A program made the translations under genes and the position numbers. A DNA stretch of 63,989 bases, the filler included, from Octopus bimaculoides (lineage: Eukaryota), in NCBI RefSeq assembly GCF_001194135.2. It is 5 parts of 5 records of this genome, joined end to end, with 100 filler letters (N's around TTAATTAATTAA, not from the genome) between each part and the next. Parts side by side here need not be neighbours in the genome. Positions count along the whole stretch, not along the records: positions 24,196 to 40,162 come from NC_068987.1; positions 40,263 to 49,801 come from NC_068981.1; positions 49,902 to 60,904 come from NC_069000.1; 2 more parts are not named here. One strand, written 5' to 3'. This document shows, piece by piece, positions 39,290 to 54,144 of this stretch (positions are counted from its first letter, which is position 1; each line of letters starts with the position of its first letter). Under the pieces are notes generated by a model. That model had not been told where the DNA came from, made no database searches, and was given only the letters and a program-made list of their open reading frames with translations.

Positions 39290-39445
39290 GAGTGGCTGTG
39301 TGGTAAGTAGCTTGCTTAACAACCACATGGTTCCAGGTTCAGTCCCACTGCGTGACACCTTGGGCAAATGTCTTCTACTATAACCTCGGGTCGACCAAAG
39401 CTTTGTGAGTGAAATTGGTAGACGGAAACTGAAAGAAGCCTGTCA

Positions 39446-39487
<42 letters not shown>

Positions 39488-39708
39488 TATGTATATGTTT
39501 GTGAGTCTGTATTTGTCCTCTCACCATCGCTTGACAACCGATGTTGGTATGTTTACGTCCCTGTAACTTATCGGTTCGGCAAAAGACACCGATAGAATAA
39601 GTAAGTACCAGGCTTACAAAGAATAAATCCTGGAGGTCGATTTGTTCGACAGAAGGCGGTGCTCCAGTATGGTCGAAGTCAAAGGACTGAAACAAATAAA
39701 AGAATAAA
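39290..39708 (+). mobile_element. SINE A, full length
   Basis: Head gagtggctgtgtggtaag, internal (CA)n, tail gaaacaaataaaagaataa. Confidence 0.9.
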
Positions 39709-39892
39709 AATAATGATAGTGGTGATTATGCCTTTTTGGGCTAATTCTATCAAAGTCGACGTTTTCATTTACGTCTCCAGACGACAATATTCAAAAGACA
39801 TCTGCTCAGAATTGGCTGCTAGTGTATGTTTATGTATGCCCGTATGTATATTAACGTTTACATAAAATTGTTTCTATATATATGTGTGTGTG

Positions 39893-39929
<37 letters not shown>

Positions 39930-39988
39930 ATATATATGTATAATTACATATCTATATCTAGCTATCTATTTATCTATATATCAGTTTG

Positions 39989-40055
<67 letters not shown>

Positions 40056-40262
40056 GATCATCATGGACGGACGGTAGACACATCGGCTCCCATGTAAGTT
40101 GCATTTTTCACCTCTTAAAAGACCTATTTTGTTTTAAAATTTTGTATAAGTTGTGTATAACANNNNNNNNNNNNNNNNNNNNNNNNNNNNNNNNNNNNNN
40201 NNNNNNTTAATTAATTAANNNNNNNNNNNNNNNNNNNNNNNNNNNNNNNNNNNNNNNNNNNN

Positions 40263-40352
40263 TTATCATGGGGCAAGTCCAGGTTTTTGCATATTACCCA
40301 GTGAATATATTGTGCAGCTCTATCATGCCTGTTGAGATACTCTGTAGGCGCA
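40263..40352 (-). mobile_element. Third R4/Dong fragment, running into an assembly gap
   Basis: APTEYLNRHDRAAQYIHWVICKNLDLPHD resembles the LAxxEYxxRHDxVAxxIHW motif and begins directly at an (AAT)n array. Confidence 0.75.
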
Positions 40353-40415
<63 letters not shown>

Positions 40416-40874
40416 GTTGTTGTTGTTGTTGTTATTATTATTTTTGATAATAATAATAATAATAATAATAAGATTGATATTTGAATGTTGAATGTCTTCT
40501 ACGATAATTAACAACCGAGTATCAAAGCTTTATAATGCGCGGAAAGAGACCCTGTGAGACCTCTGACAACTGGCTGCCGTCCGCTCTCACAGAATCAACC
40601 AGAGTAAAAAGACCGAGCGCGCTGAGAAGCAAAGCAACAACAACATATATATGATATATATATATATATATATAACAAGAATTCTTAATCACCGACTCTC
40701 TTTTATGACAACAAACTTCAGCCCACTGATGTGTACAACATGTCTGCAAACTAGCAACGAGACTGGTGTTTTATGCATAACTTAAGCATGTTCATACAGT
40801 TTAATTGCATGGTGCGTAAGTGAAATTTCATCAATCAAGAGAGTGAGTGAAAGCCCCATACAATATGTGTGGGT

Positions 40875-40934
<60 letters not shown>

Positions 40935-42289
40935 AATGAAGAGACAGACAGTCAAATAGACAAAGTGAGAGAAAGAATGACAGAAAGAGAGACAGAGAAA
41001 GACAAGGAGAGATAGAGAGCAATTAGTGAAGCGACAGAGAAGGACAGAATTTATTTCCCACTTAAGACATTACATAATTCTCATGAGCATTTAGTGTTAG
41101 TGAGATCGATCTACCTAAATAGAAAAAAAAAACAACGAAGAGAAACAAAACAAAACAAGAACGAAACTAATACGGTACTAACATGTTCGAAAGCTATTTT
41201 TAAGAGAGAACAAGTGACTGTAGATTTTCTATAGTGAAAGATTAGCATACGTCTTGAGGCCTCTTGAAAGCTATAACATTGTTCTGTTTCATAAATGACA
41301 TTTTTATGTAACGAAATGGAGGACAATTATAATTATGATCCAGTCTGAAAGCTTCTCTATCTTGTACATCTTTGTAAAATGCTTTTCAATCGTATTTTGT
41401 TTTATTTTTGTTCAGTAACGTTATTTTCCGACTAAGAAAGTATACTGATTTCTTTCGAAAGATATTAAGCAATTTTAAGCTTTCCTTGTCAACTATAAAC
41501 GTATTAGATTATATTCTAGCTTAAAAACATTGTTCTCTATCAGTTCCTACTTGTGTTTACTATTTTGGTGGTTCAATTTTTTATGACTGTCTTTCCTCAA
41601 AGTATTTTATTGTTAGTAGTTATATAATTTACTACTTCTCACATAGCACAGAAAAATTATTGCTCATACAATGTTCTGTCCTATGCTATATCCTGCATTT
41701 ATCGTGTTCTTCTTTTTGTTAATGTTGTTTATTGGTTCGTCTGTAAAGTCGAGACAGTGCACAATACCTTATCCACACCTTTTTTAAACGACTTCCTAGA
41801 CTAAATCATAGTAATAACTGGGTTCAAATGTTTATTGTTGTAGTTTGATCGTAGAAATTAAGTTTATAGACAGACGTAGTTAAGGGAAAATCTGATTATG
41901 GAAATTAATAACTTCTCTCATTATTCTACAACGTTTGCCACAAATATAGCTATATACTTTACTTTCTTACTTTGATCTATATTGGCTATGTCGAAGATTA
42001 TATCTGATATACAGAAATTTATATCTAAGCAATATTAATATGTGTAAATAGTAATGCTTTCAAGGGTCAGTGGCTAGTTTTGGTTTCATGGAATTAAGCG
42101 GGTGAAAGACAACCCCCTTCCCGCCACAAATCACAAGTCAGGCACTTATATTCCCAGATGATCCGGTAATTCTTCCCGATATAGGCAGATTGAAATAATG
42201 TAGAATAATGCATCTTGACCAGAAATGCGACACACCCCAGCAGCAAATTTGAACTCACAATCCCTAAGTAAGTAATGCGTTACCTGATT

Positions 42290-43230
42290 CAAGTAGTCAA
42301 CTGGTACTTATTTCATCGACCCAGAGAGGGTGAAAGGCAAAGTCGACCTCGGCGGAATTTGAACTCAGAACGTAAAAACGGATGAAATAACTCTAAGCAT
42401 TTTCCTCGACGTGCTAAAGATTCTGCCATCTCACCGCCTTTATAATAAGCTGGCGTAATAATTAGAGAAGGATTTTAATCTAGAACTTAGAGTGAGATCA
42501 AATAACGAAAGGTATTTTCCTGACGCTCTAACGGTTCTGCCAATCTTCCGCCCTCATTCTCTGGAATACTAATGCAATTAATAAGTTGGTTGTTTACTTT
42601 TAGGTATCACTAGAAATCTAAGAATATATATTCGTCTTTTTTAAACATCTCAGATGAGTTAGTTATTCTAGTTTCTACACTACAACTATTTAGTTAGAAA
42701 ACAACGACAAGATCTACATCGGAAATGGTCTCACGATAAGCATTATACTGCTATATTCGAGCTACTCTTATAAATAAACGAGGGAGACACAAATAGACTA
42801 ATACCTGTAATATTAAAGTAATATTGTAAAGTAATATTCACTCGAGGTCTGGTAGCAAAACTAAAAAAAATCATTAAAGAGTTATTTTAACGTTTAGTCA
42901 TTTGTTTTTTCAGGGTCTCTGCGACAGGCGCGAGGAACAAGGAAGTTATTCCTCAAACAGGAAACCTGACTTGAATGCTTTCAAGGCACCCAAATACTAA
43001 ACCGGGCGACGGATTGAGTCTACTACTCTAAAGCTTAGAACTCAAAGAGCAATGACAAATATCACAAGGCAACTCACACAATGCTCTGGCATTTCTGCCC
43101 ATCCTCCATCCTTTATTAGCCCCGAAAGGATAAAAGGTAAGCTTACTTGAGCAGTGAATTTGAACTTCGTTCGGAGAGAGTCGGAACAAAGCAGAAGTGA
43201 ATTCGTCTTATGCTCTAGCGATTCAACCAA
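42290..43230 (-). mobile_element. SINE B copies (42290-42442, ~42470-42550, ~43090-43230); further - copies at ~540-826, ~2570-2680, ~20400-20530
   Basis: gaaaggcaaagtcgacctcggcggaatttgaactcagaacg core. Confidence 0.75.
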
Positions 43231-43298
43231 ATTCCTTATGCTTGTAACTTTACTCTGTCTTTCATCCTATCTTTGATTTTTTTGTGTACTTGGTTAAA

Positions 43299-43348
<50 letters not shown>

Positions 43349-43605
43349 GTGCTCACACTTTTTTTTAAACCAATATAGGTTAAGAACGATTTTTCAACTT
43401 TGACAAAATATCACAAATTTATATTTGGCGTACAATCGATTAAATCGAATCTAATGTATTTGTAGAGATTCTTTTATCTATCCTTGGTAGATGAAAGGCA
43501 GTGTGGACTTCGGTAAGATTTGATGTATTCACTTAGATGGACGGAACTAAACACTACAGGGTATTTAGCTTCTCTCTAAAGTGTCTAGCAGTCCACCGCC
43601 ATCAC

Positions 43606-43766
43606 ATGGTTGTGTGGCTATGAAGTTCATTTCGCAACCAAATAGGTTTCGGGTTCAGTCCCAAAGCAGGGTACTTTGGAAAAGTGTTTTCTACCATAGC
43701 TACAATAAAGCCGGGCTGACCAAAGTCTTGTAAAGTAATTTGGTAGGGGAAAACAGTGAGAGCCCG

Positions 43767-43770
<4 letters not shown>
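43606..43770 (+). mobile_element. Old diverged SINE A 5' half; other diverged fragments at ~9925-10020(-), 27285-27415(+), 46050-46125(+), 46570-46700(+), 58050-58265(-)
   Basis: Residual gggttcagtccc B-box and gaccaaag..ttgt motifs. Confidence 0.6.
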
Positions 43771-43804
<34 letters not shown>

Positions 43805-44126
43805 AAGTTGTCAAGAACTCAACTTGTCAGTTAAAACACATTTGAAATTTAATGTGTACACTATGTATGAAAGCGCTAATTTTGTTATAATACCATAATA
43901 GATTTCCAAGTGCTAGAGGAAACTCCGTTTAAATACATACATACATACATGCATGCATGCATATAGGCATTTATGTATCTATCTATAAAATATTTAATCC
44001 ATAATCGCTAGTCAGACAATATATGTTCTGTCGGACTAATGATTACGGATTAAATAGTTTTTTTTCTATTCACTCTCAGACTTATCTTTGAGTATTTTCC
44101 CAGTGACACAGATTTCTTTTGAACTT

Positions 44127-44212
<86 letters not shown>

Positions 44213-44299
44213 TTCTAGCAATGTAGGTGTTTTTTAACACCCTAGTCACATTTAGTGACAGTTATAATTCTTTTTGGTGAAATATTGCAACCTGTTGTT

Positions 44300-45965
<1,666 letters not shown>

Positions 45966-46238
45966 ATGTATATGTATATAACATGTGTGCGCGCGTGCGC
46001 TTTTGATGCTTGTTCCCTCACCAACAATGGTTACTTACGTACCGATTTGAAAGTAATAAATAATGGGGTCGATTTGACCAAATAAACTCATCAAAGTAGC
46101 GCTCGAGGCTGGACACAGTTCAATGACTGAAATAAAAGAGCAAAAGAATTATAGAATATACGTACGTACATACATACATACATACATACAATCATGCATT
46201 TATAATGTATATTTGTATAATATATATGTTTGTATATT

Positions 46239-46286
<48 letters not shown>

Positions 46287-48044
46287 GTGTATGTGCATGT
46301 TTGGAATTATGTATATGTACTAAAAATACGACTATGTTCAAGGTTCATCTTTTTTATTAACGATTTCTTATATCTAATTTTTAGTCGTTTATGTTAGGTT
46401 TGGAACAATAAACTTCCTTAAACTTGTTACGATGGAGTATATTACAGTAGTTTATTTTAAAATTAAGAATGTGAAGATTTTGAAAGGTTACACTAAAGGA
46501 TTTAGAAACGCCTTTGTTCCACATCCTAATCAAGCATGAAGGTTTAATAAAAAGATATAAAATATCCTCAATAAAAATGCGATAGAATAAGAACCAGGCC
46601 TAAAAAAAAAAAAATTATTATTGGGATTGATTTTTTTCTACTAAAATTCTTCAAAGTTGGTACCTCATCATAGCCGCAGTCCAATGACTGAAACAAGCGG
46701 AAAACACAGGCACACGCGTGTGCATTAAATAGAGGGACAGATATATAGATGGATAGATAGATAAGGTGACGGATAGATAGAGTAAATGCTAACTAGTTTA
46801 AATATTGAGTGAAGATATTTTTATGAATTAAAATTATGTCCAGAGTGTTGAGAAAAAAAAAATCATTATCTTAGTGATTGATTTTGGTCAAGAAAGGCAG
46901 TGGAGGACAATCTTGGAATTAAAATGAAATAAATTAAATGTTGTGATGAGAGAGTAGTACGGGGTCAACTCTGTACGTGGTTTGTTCTCATTTGTCCTCA
47001 TCAGCGAAGCTTAGTCCAGGCTTATTAGTAGATATGTAAATGTTGAGAGAGAACGAAAGAGAGCGAGAGAAAGAGATGGGCGGGACAGAGATTCAAGCTT
47101 TTTTGGCATGGTCATAGAGTGGCGTGATAAGATATTACAGTAGTTGGTGATTGCTCTATCCTCACAGTTGATTGCCGTCTCTTTATGCTTCCTCATCCTC
47201 AATGGCATTTCTGACTTTCTGTCTTTGACTTTTCAAATGAGTAATCAGGTCCGCTGTTTCGTAACTGCGCTTCCAACCGATTAGGTTTGTACATGTCACC
47301 ACTCTCCTATTGCTATAGGAATTTAAAGTAGATGGAATGACAAATAACAAATGAAGTCACCATAAAGAGACATCTGTACATTAATAGACTATAGGATAAA
47401 CACTTGTGCAACATGAGTACGCTCTCTAAGTCTCTGCAATTAGTTACTAGTAACAGGTGAAAGTGAGATGGCGGGCATATCTAAACAGCTTATCCCGCCA
47501 CCGAAAACGCGACTAATCTAGAGCCCTAACTCTATTACTCCCCCACCCCGGTAGTTTCTTCCCTACGCATTCGACTATGCTCCAACCAGTCCTCAACGCT
47601 TCTAACAAAAGAATAGCAGTTTTTACAGCGGAGAGTTCCTCTCCTGGCAGGACGCTGTGAAAACAGCTAGGGGACCCCCCACTTCCGGTGGATTTTAAAT
47701 TTACATGTCAATTAATCCATAGCTAGGACTCTGGTAGGTGCTACTACTTTAGGTCAGAGTAGACCTGGTAACAGTATTGGCAACAAAGTGATTTCACACT
47801 CATCAAAACTCTGGAATTCTCAAAGCAGGGCCCCACAACCTGATACAATTTAAAGTTTTAACCAGGACACATAAGATAGTATACATACATATATATACAT
47901 ATATACATGTACCTCTTTGTTAATCACTTATATTATATTATGTATGTATGTGTGTGTGTGTGTGTGTGTGTGCGTGCGTGCGTGTGTGTGTACGAAATGA
48001 TTGCGGCGTAGAAAGCGTAAGTTAGTCATTCAGAAACTCTCAAA

Positions 48045-48233
48045 GACTGTTAACTTTACTTAAACATTTATTATTTGTAATAAGGTGTCAAAGTTTTCGT
48101 CGCTCGAAACTGCGGCTTGGTCTCTAAAAAACGCGTGCAGCACACGCTTGTCGGCGACCAGGTGGCAGTTTGTATCGACGAAGATTTTGGCACTATATTA
48201 CAAACAAAAAGTGTTTTAGTGACGTTAACAGCC
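48045..48233. repeat. Degenerate inverted repeat (78-bp arms, 33-bp spacer)
   Basis: Left arm 48045-48122 vs reverse complement of 48156-48233, roughly three-quarters identical by eye. The left arm is related to ~61960-62030. Confidence 0.7.
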
Positions 48234-48471
48234 TTCGCTTAATACTAAATGTCTAACTCGTGTGTTTTGTTCCACGCTGTAATCGTTTTAGTTTTAGCAC
48301 AAGTGCACAGACCAAAAATTTTGTCCGAGTAAGGATAGAGATAGAGTTAAGAATCGCACAATAACTAAAACGTTAAATAAATTAATTAAATAAATAAAAC
48401 TTTAATAAATAAAACACAATATATTTCACCTGTGATCTTCTTTCTGTCAACACCTCATATGTAAGATCACT

Positions 48472-48561
48472 TCCCTGAAGCTGGAGCTTCGTCACATCCG
48501 ACGACGGAATCGGTCTACAAACATTATTTGGGACCACCGAGCCCCAGAAACAGCTGTTGGA
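48472..48561 (+). ncRNA. Hammerhead-like motif with enlarged stem II and A9>C core change
   Basis: UCC-CUGAAGC-UGGAGCUUCG...CGAGCCCCA-GAA-ACAGCUGU-U-GGA. Same ACAGCUGU palindrome as the 49526 motif, stem I UCC/GGA, ~65-nt stem-II domain. Confidence 0.55.
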
Positions 48562-48840
48562 TTTGTAATACTTTCTTCAACACTTTTAATTCTTGATATC
48601 ATTTCTGTTATGTGTAAGTCGAACCTTTTGGTATGCAAATATATATACATTTTTTGTATTTCATGTATTTAATATACTTTGTATATTGAGCTGCCTAACT
48701 TGCTTATTCTTACACTTATTTTTCTTACCCTTAAGTTTAAACCTCTTGAGCACTACGAAGTATATTCTATATATATGTCTCCGTATATATATAAGTGTGA
48801 TCTGTGCATGTATGTATGTGTGTGTATATGCATACATATT

Positions 48841-49660
48841 TGCATGCATATATATTAGACAAAATGAGATAAAGTCAAGGCTGAGTTCTCAGGATATTTA
48901 TAAGGAAAAAGACATAGATATAGTCTTACAGCTGTTTCTGGGATATTATGGATATCCCTTCTTATTCACTCCTTACCTTCTCATCTCTTCCTTTCCCTCC
49001 CCATTCCTCTCCTATTTTCCCCTCACATTATCTTGACCACTAACGTCTTTCACCCTTTCTTCATTTTTTTCATCTCTTTTCACTTTTTCTCTCTCTTTTT
49101 GCTTTTTCTTTTTTCTCTCTTTCTTCCTCTCATTTTTCTCTTCCTGTTTTGACCTATCTCCTAATACTGATCATACACATCTCTCCCCCATTTATCCACA
49201 AATACTACCAATACATTCTCAAATTTTCATTCACACTACAAGACACCTTCGAATGAGCAACACAGAATCCACGGCTCCATACTTTGAAATGACTGAACAT
49301 GAACTACTATTGGAACTTACATACCATGTACAGAAAACTTTTTTACATCTTCTATATATCACTTTCCTCGAATAATGGAACTGCAACTACAATATCTTTA
49401 TATATTTTATATTTTATTTCTATTTTCACTCTCTTATTTCCCTCTATATTCCCTATCTTCTCTTTTCCCATAATAATTCCTTATTTCGAACTCAAATATT
49501 TACCTCTACTTAACCATCTCACATTGTCTCTGAAGAGGGGATATCCATAATATCCCAGAAACAGCTGTAAGACTATATCTATATCTTTTTCCTTATAAAT
49601 GTCCCGAAAACTCCTCACAGCCTTCGCTTTGTTATCTCATTTTGTCTAATATATACATGC
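48841..49660. mobile_element. PLE-like insertion with ~120-bp inverted terminal segments (48841-48960 vs 49538-49660)
   Basis: The reverse complement of 48841-48960 aligns to 49538-49660, including the hammerhead stem II/III. The left copy is truncated before the CUGAAGA core. Confidence 0.65.
49526..49573 (+). ncRNA. Minimal type-I hammerhead ribozyme, intact core, 8-nt palindromic stem III
   Basis: GUCU-CUGAAGA-G-GGGAUAU-CCAUA-AUAUCCC-A-GAA-ACAGCUGU-A-AGAC: stem I 4 bp, stem II 7 bp, self-complementary ACAGCUGU, GUA triplet. Confidence 0.8.
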
Positions 49661-50009
49661 AGGCTAATATAAGACCAACATTAGACTCCTCCCTCGTATC
49701 ACTATCGAACAAAGAGTTTAACTACAGTCTATCCATAGCATTTACTTAGCGTTACCTTCCACTCTTTGGGTCTTCTAGATACCAATACCTCTCATATATA
49801 TNNNNNNNNNNNNNNNNNNNNNNNNNNNNNNNNNNNNNNNNNNNNTTAATTAATTAANNNNNNNNNNNNNNNNNNNNNNNNNNNNNNNNNNNNNNNNNNN
49901 NTATATATATATATATATATCATCATTTAACGTCCGCTTTCCATGCTAGCATGGGTTGGACGATTTGACTGAGGACTGGTGAAACCGGATGGCAACACCA
50001 ATATATATA

Positions 50010-50165
50010 TTTACGATGGGCTTCTTTCAATTTCTGCCAACCAAATCCATCACAAGGGTTTGGTCGGCCCAAGACTATAGCAGAAGACACTTGTCATGTA
50101 GTGGGACTGAACCTAGGACCATGTGGTTGGTAAGCAAATTACTTACCACACAGCCACTCCTGCGC
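50010..50165 (-). mobile_element. SINE A, 5' half
   Basis: cttaccacacagccactcctg head and ttacgatgggcttctttc junction to the TA tract. Confidence 0.85.
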
Positions 50166-50465
50166 CTCTCAACCACCCAGCCTGGCTCGTTCCCCTGCTC
50201 CCATCCACGCTGCCGCACTTGCCCTTACCTCTCCAACACCACCCTCCTCACAGGCACCCATCATCGACCCTATCATATCACTGACTCCTTCACCTGCACT
50301 TCTACCAATGTCATCTACTTCATCCCCTGCGCTCTCTGTCCTTCTTTATACAATGGTCAAATGGGACGCCGCTTGGCTGACCAGTTAGCAGAATACCTCC
50401 GAGACATCAGGCTCGGCAACGACACCCCGGTCTCGCACCATTTCCACTCTACCGATCATTTTTTT
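50164..50465 (+). mobile_element. Penelope-like GIY-YIG endonuclease fragment
   Basis: GSFPCSHPRCRTCPY...FTCTSTNVIYFIPCALCPSLYNGQMGRRLADQLAEYLRDIR...PVSHHFHSTDH matches the PLE CxxC-linker plus GIY-YIG pattern (VIY...YIGETGRxLxxRxxEH). Confidence 0.9.
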
Positions 50466-50514
50466 ACAACACCTGTCTGTGTTCGGATTGTCCTTATATA
50501 GGGGCCATCTTCAC

Positions 50515-51862
50515 CGTGAATTTGCAAACAAACTACTAAATGACAATGTGAAGTCAGAACAATGGTCTGAGTTAGCCTTGCTACTGCTGCCCAAAACTGG
50601 AGACCAAAGAAATACTGGGAATTACAGAGGGACCAGTCTGTCATTCATTGTTTCAAAAATGGTCAACAAGATGATACTTAACCAAATACAACCTAAGATA
50701 GACAAACAATTGCAACCAAATTAAAATGGATTCAGATCAGGACGGTCAACAACATCTCACACTGTTGCACTTAGAAGACTGATAGGAGGAGTTAAGAGCC
50801 ATAATAAGAAGGCTATCATTATCTATGTAGACTTTAAAAAGGCTTTTGATTCAGTACATAGAGGAATGATGATGATGAAGATACTTAAAGCATATGATAT
50901 TTCACCAAGAATTCTGAGAGTAATAAGTAAGCTGTATGAGAACACCATAGTGAAGGTGATCGTTCCTGATAGAGACGGAATACTTTAAAGTCAAAGCCGG
51001 AGTATTACAAGACAACATGCAAGCACCTTATCTCTTCGCCATCATTCTGGACTATGTAATGTGTAGAAAGTACGAGGGCAAGGAAGAAGAACTGGGATTC
51101 AAACTGCATAGGCAAAGAAGTAGATGGCATCAAGTAGTAACAGTAACTGACCTGGACTATGCTGATGACCTGGCATTACAAACAGAGAGGACAGATCAGG
51201 CACAGGAGGTACTGAGCAGATTAGAGCAGGAATCGGGGAAGGTAGGATTATACTGCAGCACAAAGAAAACAGAGCTGCAAGTATTCAACCATGAAACGCC
51301 CTGCGTCAATGAAAGTGAGAGATGGTAAGTTGCTCAAAGTATTTGAAAATTTCAAACACCTTGGTGCATGGACACAAAGTACTGGAAAAGATATCATAGT
51401 AAGGAAAGCTCTTGCCTGGAATGCATGCTATAAATTGAGAAAGGTATGGAGTTCAAAGTTAGCAAGGAAATTGAAAGTGAGGTTGTTCCTGGTGTTGAAG
51501 AAGCAGTTGGATGGTTGTTATACGAAGATGCTTAAAATGGCACTTAATGTCTCCTGGAAAAGCCATACAACAAACACCAACTCATACCAGGAACTACCAA
51601 AAGTAACATTGAAGATACAGCATTGAAAGATGAGGCTAGGTGGACACTGTGTCAGACAAACCGATTAAATTGCTAACAAGCTAGTGCTCTGGCAACCAAT
51701 GGAAGGAAGAACCAGGAGAGGAAAGAGGAAGACAACCTATATTGACAACTTGCTGGAGGATACTGGTATGGAAGGGATACAGGAGCTGAGGACCATTATG
51801 GGAGATCGAGATGAGTGGGGAAAACGTGTGGAAACTGTCTTGCTGAGGGATGATCTAGATAT
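50515..51862 (+). mobile_element. RTE-clade LINE, RT domain to 3' end, decayed
   Basis: LPKTGD...GNYRGTSL, NGFRSGRSTT, YVDFKKAFDSVHRG, AGVLQ, APYLFAIILDYVM, DLDYADDLAL, FKHLGAW and RGKRKTTYIDNL motifs, with stops and frameshifts. Confidence 0.92.
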
Positions 51863-52083
51863 ATATGCTTTTGGAGCGAATGGTTTTGTTATACAGTGCC
51901 GTATTATTTACAATCCTGTAAATAATAATAATAATGGTATTTTGGCAATGATCATAATATTTAATGGTGAAGAACCAAACAACACGAATCACCAGTTTCA
52001 TGAATTATATATATATATGTGTGTGTGTATGTATATATATCTATATATGTGTGTGTGTATATATATATGCATATATATTTATG

Positions 52084-52128
<45 letters not shown>

Positions 52129-52177
52129 NNNNNNNNNNNNNNNNNNNNNNNNNNTATATATATGTATATGTGTTTGT

Positions 52178-52212
<35 letters not shown>

Positions 52213-52837
52213 CTCATATACATACACACATATATATACACATATATACACACATATATATACATATGTATATATATACACATATATATATATAATCACA
52301 CACACACATACATATATGTATATATATATATCATCATCATCGTCGTCATTGTATAACGTCCGCTTTCCATACTGGCATGGGTTGGATGGTTTGGCTGAGG
52401 ACTGGACTGAGGACTGGACTGAGGACTGGTCTCACTTGGCTTGTTGGGTCTTCTCAAGCACAGCATATCTCCAAAGGTCTCGGTCACTAGTCATTGCCTC
52501 AGTAAGGCCCAATGTTTGAAGTTTAGCAGAGAACTTCAATAAGCCACATCAAAATCTCCATCCCTTAAAGAACCCTTCATTCTTAACTGAAACAAAACTT
52601 GAAGCACATTAGCAAAAGCTACTCAATCATGAAATGCCTCTAACAATATCAATCACTCCTAAACTCATCCACAAATAATTTTACAGTTAAATTCATAAGG
52701 CACACACACACACACACACACCTGCAAGTTATTAAAATTCTCTAACATTTACCAACAAAACCATCCTACCATGGCATCAATATCTGCAAACACAATTCAT
52801 AACAAAACAAACTTGATACCAAAACATGTGAACAGCC

Positions 52838-53060
52838 TTAACCTTTTAGTGCTTAAACCAGCTGTATCCGGCCCAAGTATTCTATACATTTTATGCTCAA
52901 AGTGACCAGGCATCTCACACCTACCTTGCAATGTCATTCTAAAAATAAACAATTACATCTTTCAAATCTCGAAGCTACAAGATAATACCAGATTAATTTT
53001 TTTAAATGTGAATGAATAAGGATTACTTTTGATATATTAATCTGAACGCTAAAGGGTTAA
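52838..53060 (+). mobile_element. piggyBac-like MITE with TTAA target sites
   Basis: TTAA-CCTTTTAGTG...CGCTAAAGGG-TTAA. Confidence 0.7.
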
Positions 53061-54144
53061 TTATATTAACAGAAAAACAGTTCTTACTCGACAGAAAAAC
53101 AGCTCTAACTTGAAAATTGCAATGCTGTGAAACTCAGTATCAGAAGGAAAAGACACTGAATTTAATATAATATACTCTACAATATTTGCTGAGCATTTAG
53201 ATGTGAAGACTTGGGAATGTTAACCAATCATGTCAGTTCATGAGATTGTTAGTTTTAGACTGATTCTGATTACAGGCTGCATGTGAAGGACTAATGGAGC
53301 TTTTCCTTGGGCTCAAAATTTTCCTATTTTCTAGGGATTTGTTAACTAACATCAAAACATAATCTAATTGGGACTGGTAATCCCTTGAATTTAAATGATA
53401 GATTTAATGAGATTTTTAGGATGAGTAAATTATATATCCTCACCTGAAATGTTCCATAATAATTTGTGATTTCTACTACATGGGAGTTGTACGTCTTCAT
53501 ATTTCTCTTTGTTTCATTGTACAGTCTTGAGATAAATTTCTGCAGTGGCCACATTTGGTGTTTTTAATCACCATAGTAGGGTGAACTTCTATGCAGTTGC
53601 TTGGCCTGCTAGAAGTAGTAGCCAACCTATCTTAAATCATACACTACTGTCTTAAAAAAAAAAGACACAATAGATAATGTACTCCCTGATATACTAGAAG
53701 AAAAAAAAGCTGGAATGCTTTTGATTAATAGGTCTGCTTAATCAGGTTTGACCTGGGGTTAAACAACAACTGCTGCAGGACATTATATCAATAACTGGGA
53801 GTAAATACTGTCCTGTCAGTCAGCCAGCCATGATTGTTGCAAGTTCTGTACAATATTGAGAGAAACATTGAATTCTTATCAACAGATATTACTTTTCTAT
53901 AACAAGAATAACATGGAAGTTCATAATAGTTACAAGTCATGTGATTGCTACCTTTTCTGATAGACGAAAGCTTATTGGTATACAGAGAGAGAATGAAACA
54001 CATTAAAATCAGTGGAGAGGAAGCACAGATATGAAAAGTAACTCAATAATTTATGTGAAATACATTATATATAATCCAGAGTAAGAAAATGGTAGGTACT
54101 ATGATGGCAAAAATCATTGGTAAAGTTTTGAAATTTGGATATAT

